From Camelus ferus (lineage: Eukaryota), in NCBI RefSeq assembly GCF_009834535.1, contig NC_045696.1, forward strand, positions 5,768,001-5,832,000: 64,000 bases of DNA, written 5' to 3'. The first letter of the stretch is position 1. Every line of letters starts with the position of its first letter. The notes under the pieces were generated by a model. The model was not told the origin of the DNA. It searched no databases and saw nothing but the letters and a program-made list of their open reading frames with translations. Both the position numbers and the translations under genes were made by a program. Of this stretch, positions 14,490 to 28,059 are shown piece by piece.

Positions 14490-15030
14490 TTTTAAACATT
14501 TTATTTTGAAATAACTGCAGACTTAAGAATATTTCAAAAAGAGTACAGAGTTTCTGAACACTTGGTTTTCTGAATTGTTAACATCTTACATAAGTACAGT
14601 GCATTTATCAAAATCAGAAAAATACTGTTGATTCAGTTCTAATCTGTAGATCTTACTCAAATTTTGACTGTGGTCCTCATGTTCTTTGACACATTGGATT
14701 TCATCGCATGTCTTCTTAGTCTCCCTTAGACTGGGATCTGTAAGTCTTTCCATTATCTTTCATGACTGGGGTACTTTGAAGAGCACTGGCCACTTACTTT
14801 GTAGAATTTCCCTTGATTTAGGTTTGTCTGATGGTTCCTAATGATTAAATTCAGAGTTTGCATATTTGGCAGAAGTGTCAGAGAAGTGATGTTGTGGTCT
14901 TCTCAGTGCATCACATCGGGAGGCACATGATCGCAGCTTGTCCTATTACTGGGCATGTTAACTTAGTCATTTGATTCAGGTGGTGCCTGCTGGGTTTCTC
15001 TACTGTAAAATAATTACTTTTTCCATTGAT
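14490..15030 (-). mobile_element. Old L1MC-type 3' end fragment
   Basis: ttttattttgaaataac...ctttgaagagcactggcc...tttgtagaat...gaagtgatgttgtg pattern. Confidence 0.65.
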
Positions 15031-15094
15031 TAATGTTTTATTTATGAACTTTTGACAATTGAAATATAGGTGTATATTTGTTCTTTGGTTTTGA

Positions 15095-15331
<237 letters not shown>

Positions 15332-15459
15332 TAGTAGCATAATTGTGGCTGTGTTCTTTATTACAATTTCTATTTGTTATTTTTTGGTTAAGCCTGCAGT
15401 GTTAAATGTAGCTCTATTTTATGAATGATTTGCAGAGAAATATCACTTAGAGGTAATGA

Positions 15460-15633
<174 letters not shown>

Positions 15634-16513
15634 TAAAATAGCTTGAATATTTGGCCATACCAACTAGAGTTAACAGAGGTAGTGGTGGAGTTGGGGCTGA
15701 GTACATTTTTTTCTGTTTCATTCTCTTCTATCATTAGAGTCATGTCTTGGTTCTGTGTGTAAGACATTGTGTTAGATGCCTGTGGGTAGGTACAGATAGA
15801 ACCTGGATAAGAAAAAATGCCTGTTTCATTCATCAGTTTCAGTAATCTATTTTTCTTACAAAAGCTGCTCCATTTAAATATAAAGTTTAGTTAATTGGAT
15901 TTTCGGGCCTTTGAAAGATTAATTCCCCATAGTCATCAACTTTTTATCTCTGGCATCTAGAGCATTGATAATTATAAAATTTCCCATTCTCAATGATTTT
16001 TTTTTAAAGCAGTTTATGGTATTTTATTCTTTATGATTCATTTACTTCGAGAAATTATCTTTACAAAAAACTGACTTCTTGAGTTCCCATTTGTTGGTGT
16101 TAGTTTATCTCTGTAGTCACATGTGGGAACGTGCCCTTGATCAGAAACCACTTTGCTAGTTTACAGTGAGACGGAGTCTCTTAGGATTGATGGTATTTAA
16201 CACATTTTCTTCATTGAGTCCCCGCAACTTCCAATATGCTGACAGGCAATGTGAAAAGGGAGGTTGCTCTTCCAGTTTTCTGGATGTGATTAAGTGATTT
16301 GTTAAGACTTTTGGTCCTTACTCCCTGCAGCTCAGCTTCCAGCATCAGTGCTGATGGCTAGGTCAAGTTGACAGCGTTAAAGGTTATTCATTATGACTTT
16401 GCACTTATGGTTTAATCAATACATCATGCTGGCTTAACATGCTGGATTTCTTTTTTTACTTGATTTCTCTCTTTTCATTTTTAAAGCCCTAAATTGCCTA
16501 CTTTTTACTTTGA

Positions 16514-16642
<129 letters not shown>

Positions 16643-16839
16643 TAAGTGATCTCAAGTTACAGACATTTGCAGCAAAGTGGCTTTACATGCTGTGCTCTTG
16701 AAACTAGTCGGTTCTTAATTTTTGCTTTCTGAATTACACCCTTGGAATGTGTTCGTTAAGTAACATTTCTTTACATTGCTTCTTTTGTGATTGTAATTTC
16801 AGCAAAGAATGAGAAATAGAACAATCCAATTTTTTTAAA

Positions 16840-17210
16840 ATTTTGAAATAATTTTATTCTACAGAGAGTTGCCTTATATATACACTCTTCACCCGATTTT
16901 TCCCTATATTAACATTTTATGCAACTTTGGTGTCCTTATGAAATGTTAAAAAATTTACTTTTGGTACAGTGCTATTGACTAAAGTTTAGAATTTGTTTAG
17001 ATTTCATCCGTTTTTTACATCACTCTTTTTTCTGTTTCAGGATCCAATCCAGAATCCTCACTGCATTCACTGTTTTCTCAGTCACCTTTAATTTGTTGTC
17101 TAGTCTTTTCCTTTCTTTCATCACCTCATCACTTTTTATGAGTGTTGGACACATTTTGTAGAGTTTACTTAATTTGTGTTTGGTATTTACTCATGATTAG
17201 ATTGAGTTTT
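16840..17210 (-). mobile_element. Old L1MC-type 3' end fragment
   Basis: Same diagnostic blocks (ttctgtttcaggatccaatccagaatcctcactgcatt). Confidence 0.6.
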
Positions 17211-18096
17211 AACTTAATGTGGCTTGTGTCCTGTGAAAGTGTGTATGTGTGAATATTTCACACACTTTCTTGCATTTGGAAATCAATTTGGAACAATAGT
17301 AGGGTGAAAACTCACCTGTAAATTGAGATCCAGGCTTAACCTGATCTGTTCTAGTGAACATTCTGAGTGACTCTGGGCACATTATTCAGCCTCTTTCCTT
17401 TTAAATGAATGATTTTGACTTGTGACCTTACATGCCTTTTCCCCATAGTTATAAAAATTCTTTGAAAGAATTATATACTGGAGAAGATAATTTATGAACT
17501 GTGGCATCATTTTCAACATCTAGCTACAAACTGGGGAATAACTGATTCCATTCTGTTTCACTGCACTGGATTGAATCTGTCCTATGTCTGGAGGACTCTG
17601 ACTTACTGCCTCTTCCCCAAAACTTTCTTCTTTCCTGCTTTAGGAAGACCGCATACCCATTTTCATCTCCTGTTTTAGCATTCTTTCTCTGCTGGGTTTA
17701 CAGTGAGGTTAAGATATAATTTACTTTAGTTTCTACTTTCTTTTTTGCTTCTAATCTCTTACATCGCAAATTAACCATTTTCCTGGTACTCAACTGTACA
17801 AATATTACCAGTGATGATAACTTAGAAAAACTCATCTGTGTATTCTTCCAATTGAGGCCATACATGTGTTATTTCTAGGTTACCAGCTTAATTTCCATAC
17901 ACACTTAATTGAAAAAAAATTACTTTTAGTACTTTAATTGGTTGTTTCCATAGATGATAGGGTAAAAACCTGATATTCTTCTGATTGAAATTAGATGTAC
18001 ATAGTTGGGGAACTGTTTGTATCTTACCCTCTGATTTGAATATTTGGAAACAGTAACCATATTTGCATACCGTTAAAGTAAAAAATTGTCTTTTAG

Positions 18097-18169
18097 GAAT
18101 CAAGACTGTACCAATATCTCAGAACTTTCCAATACTTCAGAAAATGATGAGCAAAATGCCGAGGATTTG
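18097..18169 (+). CDS. BRWD1: BRWD1 exon (NQDCTNISELSNTSENDEQNAEDL)
   Basis: ttag acceptor, ttg|gtatga donor; 73 nt. Confidence 0.95.
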
Positions 18170-19101
18170 GTATGAAGTTTGTCAATTTTATAATGATTTT
18201 TGTTAATTTCAAATAACATAAAGAATGAAGAGTGAAGTAGAAAATGTTGGTTATCTTTATCAGTTCGTGCTGTATTCCAGTGAACTATGAAAATAGGGCA
18301 CTTGATAAAAAATACATTTTTTAAATTATCTAGATGGTCAGTGAAGTAATAGCCAATAATTGATATCAGATAAATTATGTCTTAGTAAATAAACTAGGTG
18401 TAGAATATGTTCTCTATCCAGATTTTAGCTAGAGGGAGATAAGAAGTACCTTGAAAATATTTTTGGTAAAATCAGTATCTAATTTAATTGTAATTAAAAA
18501 TTAATGACTTTTACCATGGTCTAAGTACCCTAAGTCCTTCACTCAAGATGGTATTAAAGTGTAAGTAACGGCAGGTATCAGTGGTGGTGTATAATTCCAC
18601 TTCATACAAAATCAGGTTATTGCATGGAGTTGTAGGAAGGATATTCTTTAAAAACAGTGTACTGTCAGTTTCTACACAAACTCTTACTGTAGTTCACTGA
18701 TTTTCATGCTAATTTACATTAGAATAAAATATGTGATGTAAGGAATAAGAAAATGTCTAGAGCACAAAATCCAGGAAACTGTGAGAAACTGTGTTTCTGA
18801 GTTTTATGGATGGATGAAAAACACAAATTTAAAGCTCCTTGTGCGTGTCTTGGAATTACATGTATATTTTGGAATTAGTGCATGTTCTCAGGGGATGTAA
18901 AAGAACTGTTAAGAATAAGAATACAGGTTGATTCATTGGAGTGTGAGTGCCACGAAGATCATCTGGTAGTCTGGCTTTTGAGATTTTGTTAGCAAGTTAT
19001 AACCTTCATAAGACCTGATGTCTTTGATATGCTTTTTATAAAGATTATTGCACATCTAATGAAAATATTAACACTTAAGTTGCTCTGATTTTTATTCCTA
19101 G

Positions 19102-19143
19102 GATGATAGTGATCTTCCTAAAACATCTTCTGGAAGAAGGAGA
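19102..19143 (+). CDS. BRWD1: BRWD1 42-nt exon (DDSDLPKTSSGRRR)
   Basis: ctag acceptor, aga|gtaagt donor; phase 0-0. Confidence 0.93.
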
Positions 19144-20089
19144 GTAAGTTAATCTGTGTGACTAACCTTTGTTGGTTGTTTATTCTGTGTTTTAAAATCA
19201 ATGTAAGATTTTACATGTTGACTTTGGAAAGTTACGTTGATATTGATATTGAATGTTTTATAAAAGAAATGGGAGAAATCACTGAAAGGTGGATGTCTAG
19301 GTAAGGTTTAATGGAAGAGTTGAGATTTGAATAATGTCCTCAGAATGAAACAGAGTAAGAAGACATTCAAAACATAGGTGTTATTATGATCTAAGCCAGA
19401 AAAGTAGGGAATTGTGGCCCACTGATTGGTGTAGGGTTTGAGTTTCAGAGTAAGCAAAGTAGTTTTGTGTCTGACTTTTATGTTGGGAGCAGATTATGGT
19501 AATATTGAAAACCAAGGATTTCATTTAAATTTATACTAGAGAGTCAGTTCTGTAGCCAAAATAGATAAATAGGTTTTGAGGGATAAGAGGATGGATATTG
19601 AATGTATTAATGTTAGGAGTTCACGGTAAGAATCTAGGAGTAAAAGATGGAAGTAGTGTTTCCATAGTGGGAATAGTGTTTGCTTGGAATGGAGAGGAAG
19701 GGAGGAAGATGAGACCTTTTAATGGGAAAATTAATGAGGATTTGGTGACTGAACCTTTTTAAAAACTGATTTGTTGGGGGTTGGGGTTAAGGAGAATGAA
19801 GTGAAGAATAAATTTTGAGTATTGAGTAGTTAGAATTGTGTCACCAGCAGCTCTTGAAGTTCTAATGTGATCTATTAATTAAAAAATAAAGGTTATTAAT
19901 TTGACAGTGCTTAAAATGTTCTTATTTTAAATTTCATCAAATGCTGCTTAAATTTAAGCTTTTAATCACAGCAGTTTTCATATTATGCTGCCTCAAATAA
20001 CATTGAAAAGTTAGACTTGAATTGTCTTGTGATTGTCATTTTCACATAATTTCATTTTTAAACAGACTTAAGTATTTAGTATCTGTTTA

Positions 20090-20529
20090 GTATTTGTTTG
20101 CTATGATTGCTGTATCAAATTATAAATCCTAGTGGCTTAAGCAATAAAAATATTATCTTGTAGTTCTGTAGATTAGAAGTTTGACCTGGGTCTCACTGGG
20201 CTAGAATCAAGGTGTCAGCATAGCTGTGTTCCTTTCTGGAAACTCTAGGGTAGAATTTGTTTCCTTGCATTTTCCCACTTCTGGAACCTCATGGCCCCAG
20301 TCTTCATCTCCAGGTCAGTAGCACAGCATCTTCCAGTCTGACTCTGACCCTTCTGCCTCCCTCACATAAGGACCCTTGTGATTCCATTGGGCCCACCCTG
20401 ATACTCCGAACTGTGTCCCCATCTCAAAATCCACTCCTTTAGTCTTACCTGCAGAGTCTCTTTTGCCATAGTCACAGGTTCTTGGACTAAGATGTAGACA
20501 TATTCGGGGCCATTATTCTGCCTACCGCA
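20090..20529 (-). mobile_element. MaLR solo LTR (MLT1B/C-like)
   Basis: tagtggcttaa...aatcaaggtgtcagca...ataaggacccttgtgattccattgggcccacc...ggccattattctgcctacc. Confidence 0.8.
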
Positions 20530-20807
20530 TTATCCAGTGTGATACTTCATGTTCTGTGAAAACATTTTCTAAGCTTCGGAGATAAGTGGTGGAATGAAAA
20601 TGTTTTTAGAGTAACAGATATGACATTACTGGGTTTTTACAAAAAAGTGAATTTTCCCCCAAGCAGATAAAAATTCACATAATGACATATTTTGACATAA
20701 TGTGGAAGACAACAGCTCAGTTGCATTTTTATCACCATACTAAACCATACCATAGTGTGATTGTTCCAAGACTGAAAAAACTTTTAATATTGTGCATGTA
20801 TTTTTAG

Positions 20808-21023
<216 letters not shown>

Positions 21024-21532
21024 TAAATTAAAGAGTAAGATTTCCAGGCTTCATGTTAGCTCTGTGTCCTACCGCTAAATCAGCCATGAAAGGGTTGTTT
21101 TACACAGTTGTCTTGAATTTGTAGACCTCCTTGTAACTTGGATTAAGATTTAACATTAGTAACCAATGTTACATAATAACTGGAGGATTATCTGCATGAT
21201 TACCTACTGTCTAAGTAGACCCAGCCCCAGGAAAACTATACACTGAATAAAAGTGTCTGTCTTCAGTTTCCAATGGGGAAATGGAAAATGACCTTTTGAA
21301 AAAAGAGTCAGATTATAAACCACAAATTTACTGTAGGAAGCTTAGAAATTATAGAAGAGTATAAAGAAGGAAACAAAAACTGTTCCATATCCTGCTACCA
21401 AGTATATAATTTTAGTATATTTCTTATCTTGCCTATATATTTGGGCCTCTTTTAAAAAATTATTGATAATTCTTAAGATCCCCTAAAAACAAGAATTGAA
21501 TCTTTGAACTTACTGTTGTTTTTAAAACCTAG

Positions 21533-21685
21533 GATTACCGAGATATTATAGATACTCCAATGGATTTTGGAACAGTAAGGGAAACTTTAGAAGCTGGAAA
21601 TTATGACAGTCCTTTGGAATTTTGCAAAGACATCCGGTTGATATTTAGCAACGCGAAAGCATATACACCAAACAAAAGATCAAAG
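21533..21685 (+). CDS. BRWD1: BRWD1 exon ([15 protein letters not shown]...[11 protein letters not shown]), bromodomain 2
   Basis: ctag acceptor, aag|gtaatt donor; 153 nt. Confidence 0.97.
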
Positions 21686-22689
21686 GTAATTTTAAAAGTG
21701 GTTTTTTTTTTTTCAAAAAGTATGTGTAATCTGTGTAGATGATAATTTTCTATTGATTGGTAGTGGTTGGAATATTAAAGATAAGTGAGTAGAGTGAGAC
21801 CAGTAGTAAGAATAGAGCTTTTCCACTGCCCAGGTGTCTGTTACTGTTTCCTTATAACTGCGTTTGTCTTTCTGAAGTTTTACGAACGGAAGAGAATTGG
21901 TGGGAGTGAGGACACCGGTGAAGAATGAGCAGATTTGTATTTGATGTGTAGAATGAGAAAAACCTGGTTTCTTACATATGGGAGTCCTGAAAAAGTGGAT
22001 TGGTAACTTTTTGATAGAGACTGGAAGAATATTAAAAGTGGAGGTGGGACAACTGATGGTGTACTAATATTTTGGATCTGAAGCAGAAACACATGAGTGA
22101 TCTGATTACTTAAGAATACAAGTAGAGAGGACATTCATAAATTTTTATTACAATGTTTTATGTTGGATAATTTTTCAAAACTTGTTGAAACATAATAAAT
22201 ACACAAAAGTGTGCACATACTCTCAGTGAATATTCACAAACCTTTTTAGCCAGTGTGCTGGGTAATTTAACAAAACAATAATTTGAGAGTAAGATTTTAA
22301 AATAAAGCACTTGTTTGATTATAGCACATTCTCTGTCATCAGTGATTATCACCGCTGATTAACCATTTTTTCTTAATTTCACTTTTCCCTCATTACTTAT
22401 TGTCAGACTCCTGCATTGTTAATACTTCTCTTAACCTGAGAACCTTTCATTGCATTCAATATCCAAATTGCTTACTGGATCACCTTAACATTCAAATCTA
22501 ATGTTTTTCCAAGCTTGTGTTATTGTCAGTGTTCACCATTTGTGAGACTTTGTTTCGAGAGAAAATAAATTTCATTCATGTCTTTTTTCCGTTTTGTTTA
22601 AGTAAAATACATGTTTGAGGATACATCATATAACTCTCCCATTTAAGAGTACAATTTAATGGATTTTGGTGTAGTACCAGTTTTTTCAA

Positions 22690-25600
22690 AATTGTTACAA
22701 ATATAAAACAAAATTTAACCATTTTAACCATCTTTAAGTATACAGTTCAGTGGCATTAATTGCATTCACAATGTTGTTTGACCATAACTGCTATGGATTT
22801 CCAAAAGTCTTTTTTATCACCCCAAACAGAAACTCTGTAACTAGTAAGCAATAATTCCACATTCTCCCCTTCCCTCGGCCCTTGGTAACATCTAATTTAC
22901 TTACTTTTTCTGTGAATTTACCTATTCTAGATATTTCGCAGAAGTTGAATCATACGATATTTGTCATTTGTGTCTGGCTTATTTCACTTAGCATAATGTC
23001 CTAAAGGTTCATGCCTGTTATTGTATGTACAGAACTTTATTCCTTTTTATGGCTGAATAATATTCCACTGTATAGGTATATGACATTTTGTTCCTTCATT
23101 TGTTGATGGACACTTAAATTGTTGTCTACTTTCTGGCTGTTGTGATTAGTGCTGCAGTGAATACGGGAATACAAGTATCTGTAAGAATTTTTGCCCTCAG
23201 TTTTCTTAGGTATGTATCTAAGAGTGGAATTTCTGGTTCTTAGGGTAGTTCTATGTTTAACATCTTCAGGGACCACTAAATTGTATTCCATAATGACCAC
23301 CAGTTTACATTCCCACCAGCAATGTGTGAGGATTCCAGTTTCTCCACATCCTTGACCAAGTTTGTTACTTTCTGTGTTCTTTCAAAAAGTTGTAGCCATT
23401 GTAGTGAATGTGAAGTATTAATCTCATTGTGGTTTTGATTTGCATTTAAGTTATGACTTATTGAAAATTGTGCCTGGAATTTATTTTAATCAGGTATGGT
23501 AAGACATGCAGATGGGAATTGTCATGAAGAAGTTTATATTCACAGATTCCTAGAAACAGAAGTATGATTCAACATTTGGGCCATATGGTGATGGAACAAG
23601 GCAAAGGGGAGTAGTAGGCAAAGGGGAGGAGGGGAAGAGCTTGGCTCAGAGCCTATATTGGGGTGTTTGCAGGAAGGCAAGGCAGGGCTGAGTAAACAGT
23701 CTAGGATTGGCTAGTTTGAATGACTGGAGCTTTGGCCTATAGGGGTGGTCTTTAGATGTCTGAATCCTGGCCCTGGGCTGATTTAGGTAGGGTAGGGGGA
23801 ATATTGGCGTGGTTTGTGAGAGCTTGATGAAGAAAGTAGTTAGGGATGTGAGCTCTGGACCGATTGTTTTGTTTATCAGAGGTGATTGTTTTGTATATCA
23901 AAGGTACACTTGCGAAAGAGCCATTTGCTGTCTCTGGGAATTAGCCCTAGGAGGGGCAGTCTCACCAGAATCAAGGCTCCAAATGCCAGAACATCAAGAA
24001 TACAGAAAATAGGGGATGAGGGTATAGCTTAGTTGGCGGAATGCGTGCTGAGCACGTACAAGGTACGTGGTTTGATTCCCAGTACCTCCATTTGGAAAAG
24101 CAAAAAAAAAAAAAAAAAGAAAAGAAAAAAATACAGAAAATAAAATTTAACCAGTACACTAATGATGTTGAGTTTCTTTTTATGTGCTTATTGACCACTT
24201 GTGTGTCTTCTTTGGAGAAATGTCTATTCAAGTGCTTTGCCCAATATTTAATTGGATTTTTTGTCTTTATTTGGTAAGTTGTAGGAATTTTAAAATATAT
24301 TCTCAATATTAAGTCCTTATTATATAAATGTTTTCCAGTTATTTTCTCATTCTATGGATTGTCTTTTTATTGGTTGATAATGTCCTTTGATGCACAAGTT
24401 TTTAATTTTGATGAAACCCAGTTGATCTCGCCCCCATCCCCCTTTGGTTTCTTGTGCTCTTGGTTTCCTGTTTAAGAATGTTGCCACTTAGGGTCACATA
24501 GCCTGTAAGATGCCCAACACTATTATGCAGCAATCTGAAAAATATGTATTAGAAGCTTAAGTGCCATTTGACTCATTAATTCTAATTTTAATAACTATTT
24601 TGTACAGACATAATATTAACTACTTGCACAAAAAATGTATTTTGAGTAATTTATATAGAGGTGAATGTTTAGAAATAAAGTGTTCAAAATAGTTTAAAAA
24701 GGATCCATTGCCAAATCCAGTGTTACAAAGATCTACTTCATATGTTTTTCTAAGAGTTTTATGGTTTAGTTCTTATATTTAAGCTGTTGAGCCATTTTGA
24801 GTTAATCTTTGTATATGGATGGTGAAAGGTGGAGGTCCAGCTCCTTCTTCTTGTGAAAGTCCAGTTTTCCCAGCACCACCTGTTGAGCTGGCCATTGATA
24901 CATGGGTTTATTTCTGAACTCACTTCTGTTCCTTTGGTTTGTACATAAGTGTGTCTGTCTATCTGTATGTCTATTTCTGTCTTTGTGTCAGTACTGTAAT
25001 GTTTTGTGTACTGTAGCTTTCGTAGTAAGTTTTGAAATAAGTAAGTATGAGTCCTACTTTATTCTTTTTCAGGATTGTTTTGGCAGTTCAGGGGGTGCAG
25101 TTCATTATGAATTTGAGAATCGACTTTTTCCATTTCTGTTTAAGAGCAGTTCACTGAATATTTGATAGGGATTACATTGAATGTGTAGATTGCTTTGGCC
25201 AATATTGACATCTTGACAATATTAAGTCTTTCTATCACTTAATACCAGTTTTTCCATTTATTTTAGGTCTAATTTCTCCCAGCAGTGTTTTGTAATTTTC
25301 AGTGAAAGTCTTATACCTCCTTGGTTAAGTTTATTTGCAGATGTGTTATTGTTTTAGATACTACTTGAAATGCAATTGCTTTCTTAATTTCCTATTCTAC
25401 TTGTTCATTGTTGGTGTATAGAAATACAGCCGATTCTTGTATGTGGATCTCATCCCTTGTAATTTTGCTGAATTAATTTGTTAGCCCTAATAGCCTTCTT
25501 GTGGAATCTTTGTTTCTATATATAGGATCCTTTCATCTGCAAATAGAGATGGTTTTACTAATTCCTTTCCAGTTTGAATTATTTTTAATTATTTTCCTGT

Positions 25601-25760
25601 TTAATTGCTCTGGCTAGAATTTAAAGTACAACGTTTAATAGCAGTGGTAAAAGCAGGCTTCCTTGTCTCATTCCTGATCCAAGGGGGAAAGTTTCATTCT
25701 TTACTGTCGTGTACGATGCTAAATGTGGGCTTTCTATACATGCCCTTTTTCACGTTGAGG
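22690..25760 (-). mobile_element. L1MB-like element (3'UTR plus decayed ORF2) interrupted at ~23447-24156 by an LTR that itself contains a SINE
   Basis: ORFs 23037..23300 and 23971..24306 (minus) give L1 ORF2-like peptides; consensus resumes across the insertion. Confidence 0.8.
24012..24129 (+). mobile_element. tRNA-derived SINE (Vic-1-like) with 13-bp TSD aatacagaaaata
   Basis: gagggtatagcttagttgg...ggtttgattcccagtacctcc plus A-tail; TSD at 23999-24011 and 24130-24142. Confidence 0.88.
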
Positions 25761-26055
25761 AGCTGATAATTTTACCACTCATTTATGTTAAATAATGTTT
25801 ATTTTTAGTTCAAATGTATTATTGAATTTTACATAAAAGCTGATGAGAAAACAGATATATGAAAATAGTGATATTCAAGATTATCAGGTTTCAAAGTTAG
25901 TATGATTGAGGGAAAAATTGTTAAAATTGGTAACTTATGTTAGAGTTCAGGTTTGAAGGAAAACAATATATACGCAAAATACTGGAAATAACATTAATCA
26001 TTTCAAGATGAAGAGGGATTACAGACTTCACATATACTCAACTCACGTGTATGTA

Positions 26056-26457
26056 CAGGTTTCCCCCTGTATTTGAAAGTAGAGCATTCCTCTAAAGTCT
26101 TTCGTAAGCTGAAACTGTGTAAGGTAAAGAAATAGGTAACTTTTGGACATACCTTGCTAACGGATGCACAGTATAGGTCAAGGTAGAGCTCAGATGCTCA
26201 CAGACAAGTTCAAAACTGGTGACCCGATGCTGAGATGCTGAGTGTAGTTGCTGGGGGAAGGAGGCTGGAATGCCACTCCTGCTGTTTGGGGTACACACTG
26301 CCTCTGTAATGGCTTGCTACGAACAAATGCAGAATGCTGTTTTCATCTTTTTTTTTTTTTTTCATAAAATTGAAAATCCTCTTTGAATTTCTTACAGTAG
26401 GTCTTTTGTAAAAGTGAAGTGTCATAAAGTGAACTTTCATAAAGTGGTTGATACTTG
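26056..26457. mobile_element. Tigger-type non-autonomous DNA transposon
   Basis: TA on both flanks; imperfect terminal inverted repeats caggtttccccc / ggttgatacttg. Confidence 0.6.
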
Positions 26458-27297
26458 TACATGTATTTGTGTTGTGTATGTATGTTTTTATATATATATA
26501 TGAATATGGGAAATTCATTTGTTTCACATACCTTTTTAAGGGTTCTCTAGTATTCGTCTCTCCACCATCCTCCACCATGCACCAAAGTGATTAATAATTA
26601 GCTTTTGAATATTATATTTTTATACTTATTTTCAGGAATGATTGTGGATGAGTAAAGAGTACTTCTGGTAAATATATAGCTCTACCAAAAAGTTATTTAT
26701 ACTAGCACTTAACATCACATTGCTGTTCTTGTAAAGATTTGATGTTATTGTAGAGGTTATTACAACACAGTCTTACATAATTAAAGTTATAGGGCATAAT
26801 GTATTCTACTGGGTGCAAACTTTTGTTCTAATAATAATTCTTTTTTAGATCTAAGTGGCATCAAAGGCAGTCACATTTCAAGTAGATACTGGTGCAGAAG
26901 TGCTTTTGTTCCCTTGCCCCAAGGAGACACTGCTCTTTTGCTGCCTGAATAGTAATCTTAAAACCAACCAACTTCCTATCTAACTTTAGGAGGAAGCATT
27001 TTGGGGTTTGTACTTGTAAATGTGGGAAAAATCAATCGAGAATCATTGACATACAGACCTAAACACTAGATTCTAGAGGACTGATTGACTTAAAACTACT
27101 TTCTTTTCAGCCGAGAGGTGTATATTTGATACTTCTGTTTGTTGCAGTGTCCTTGAAGGGAAATAGATAAAATAACAGCTATTACCTATAACAGTGATAC
27201 TATAGATTGAAAGTAGCCTCAGTAATTACAATTTTATTTGTAAAAAATATTTAAAAAGATATTTTATAGTTCAAGTTTTGCTTTCATATCCTTGCAG

Positions 27298-27464
27298 ATT
27301 TACAGTATGACATTGAGATTGTCTGCCTTATTTGAAGAAAAAATGAAGAAAATCTCCTCTGATTTTAAAATTGGTCAAAAATTCAATGAAAAACTTCGAA
27401 GAAGCCAGAGGTTCAAGAGACGGCAAAATTGTAACCGTGTCAGTCAGGCTAACAAAAGTATCAG
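27298..27464 (+). CDS. BRWD1: BRWD1 exon ([18 protein letters not shown]...ANKSI), end of bromodomain 2
   Basis: gcag acceptor, ag|gtgaat donor; 167 nt, ends phase 2. Confidence 0.97.
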
Positions 27465-28059
27465 GTGAATTGGTTATTCTAGGCTTTGTATGCAGTTTTT
27501 TTTTAAAAATTTCAGGTTGTGATATTTCTTTGATTTTATTATGATAAAAATTCTTAATCATTTTAGAGTGCAGTATGTTCAGAAAAGAACAGTCATTTCT
27601 TTACATATAGAGCTATTGCATTGATTTGTAATTACGTAAATTTGTAAGCATTTAATGAAAAGCATTGATTTAAAAATCCTATTAAGGATTGTTCAATATA
27701 TTTATCTTTTGCATAAGAAATTTTTTCATGCAGAGAATAAAATGATTACTATGTATGTCTGTTGAGCATTTGTGTAAGGGAAACGTCGACTAGGTATATA
27801 ATACACCCTCTTTATTGAGGATTGGTTGTAAAGAAGAAATATAAAATGCAGGATTTATTCTCTTTATCAGTAATTTAATTTTTATATTCTATCATCTTTG
27901 GACCATGTAGCTTACATTAATATAAAATTTATAGGTATTTTAAAGTGAAAAGTGAGTTATTCAATCCTTAGGCTGTTTCCATGTACATTTCAAATGTGTA
28001 CCGCACCCTTGATGGGTTTCCTCATGATGGTTCTTTGGAGGGCACCATACATCCTAATT

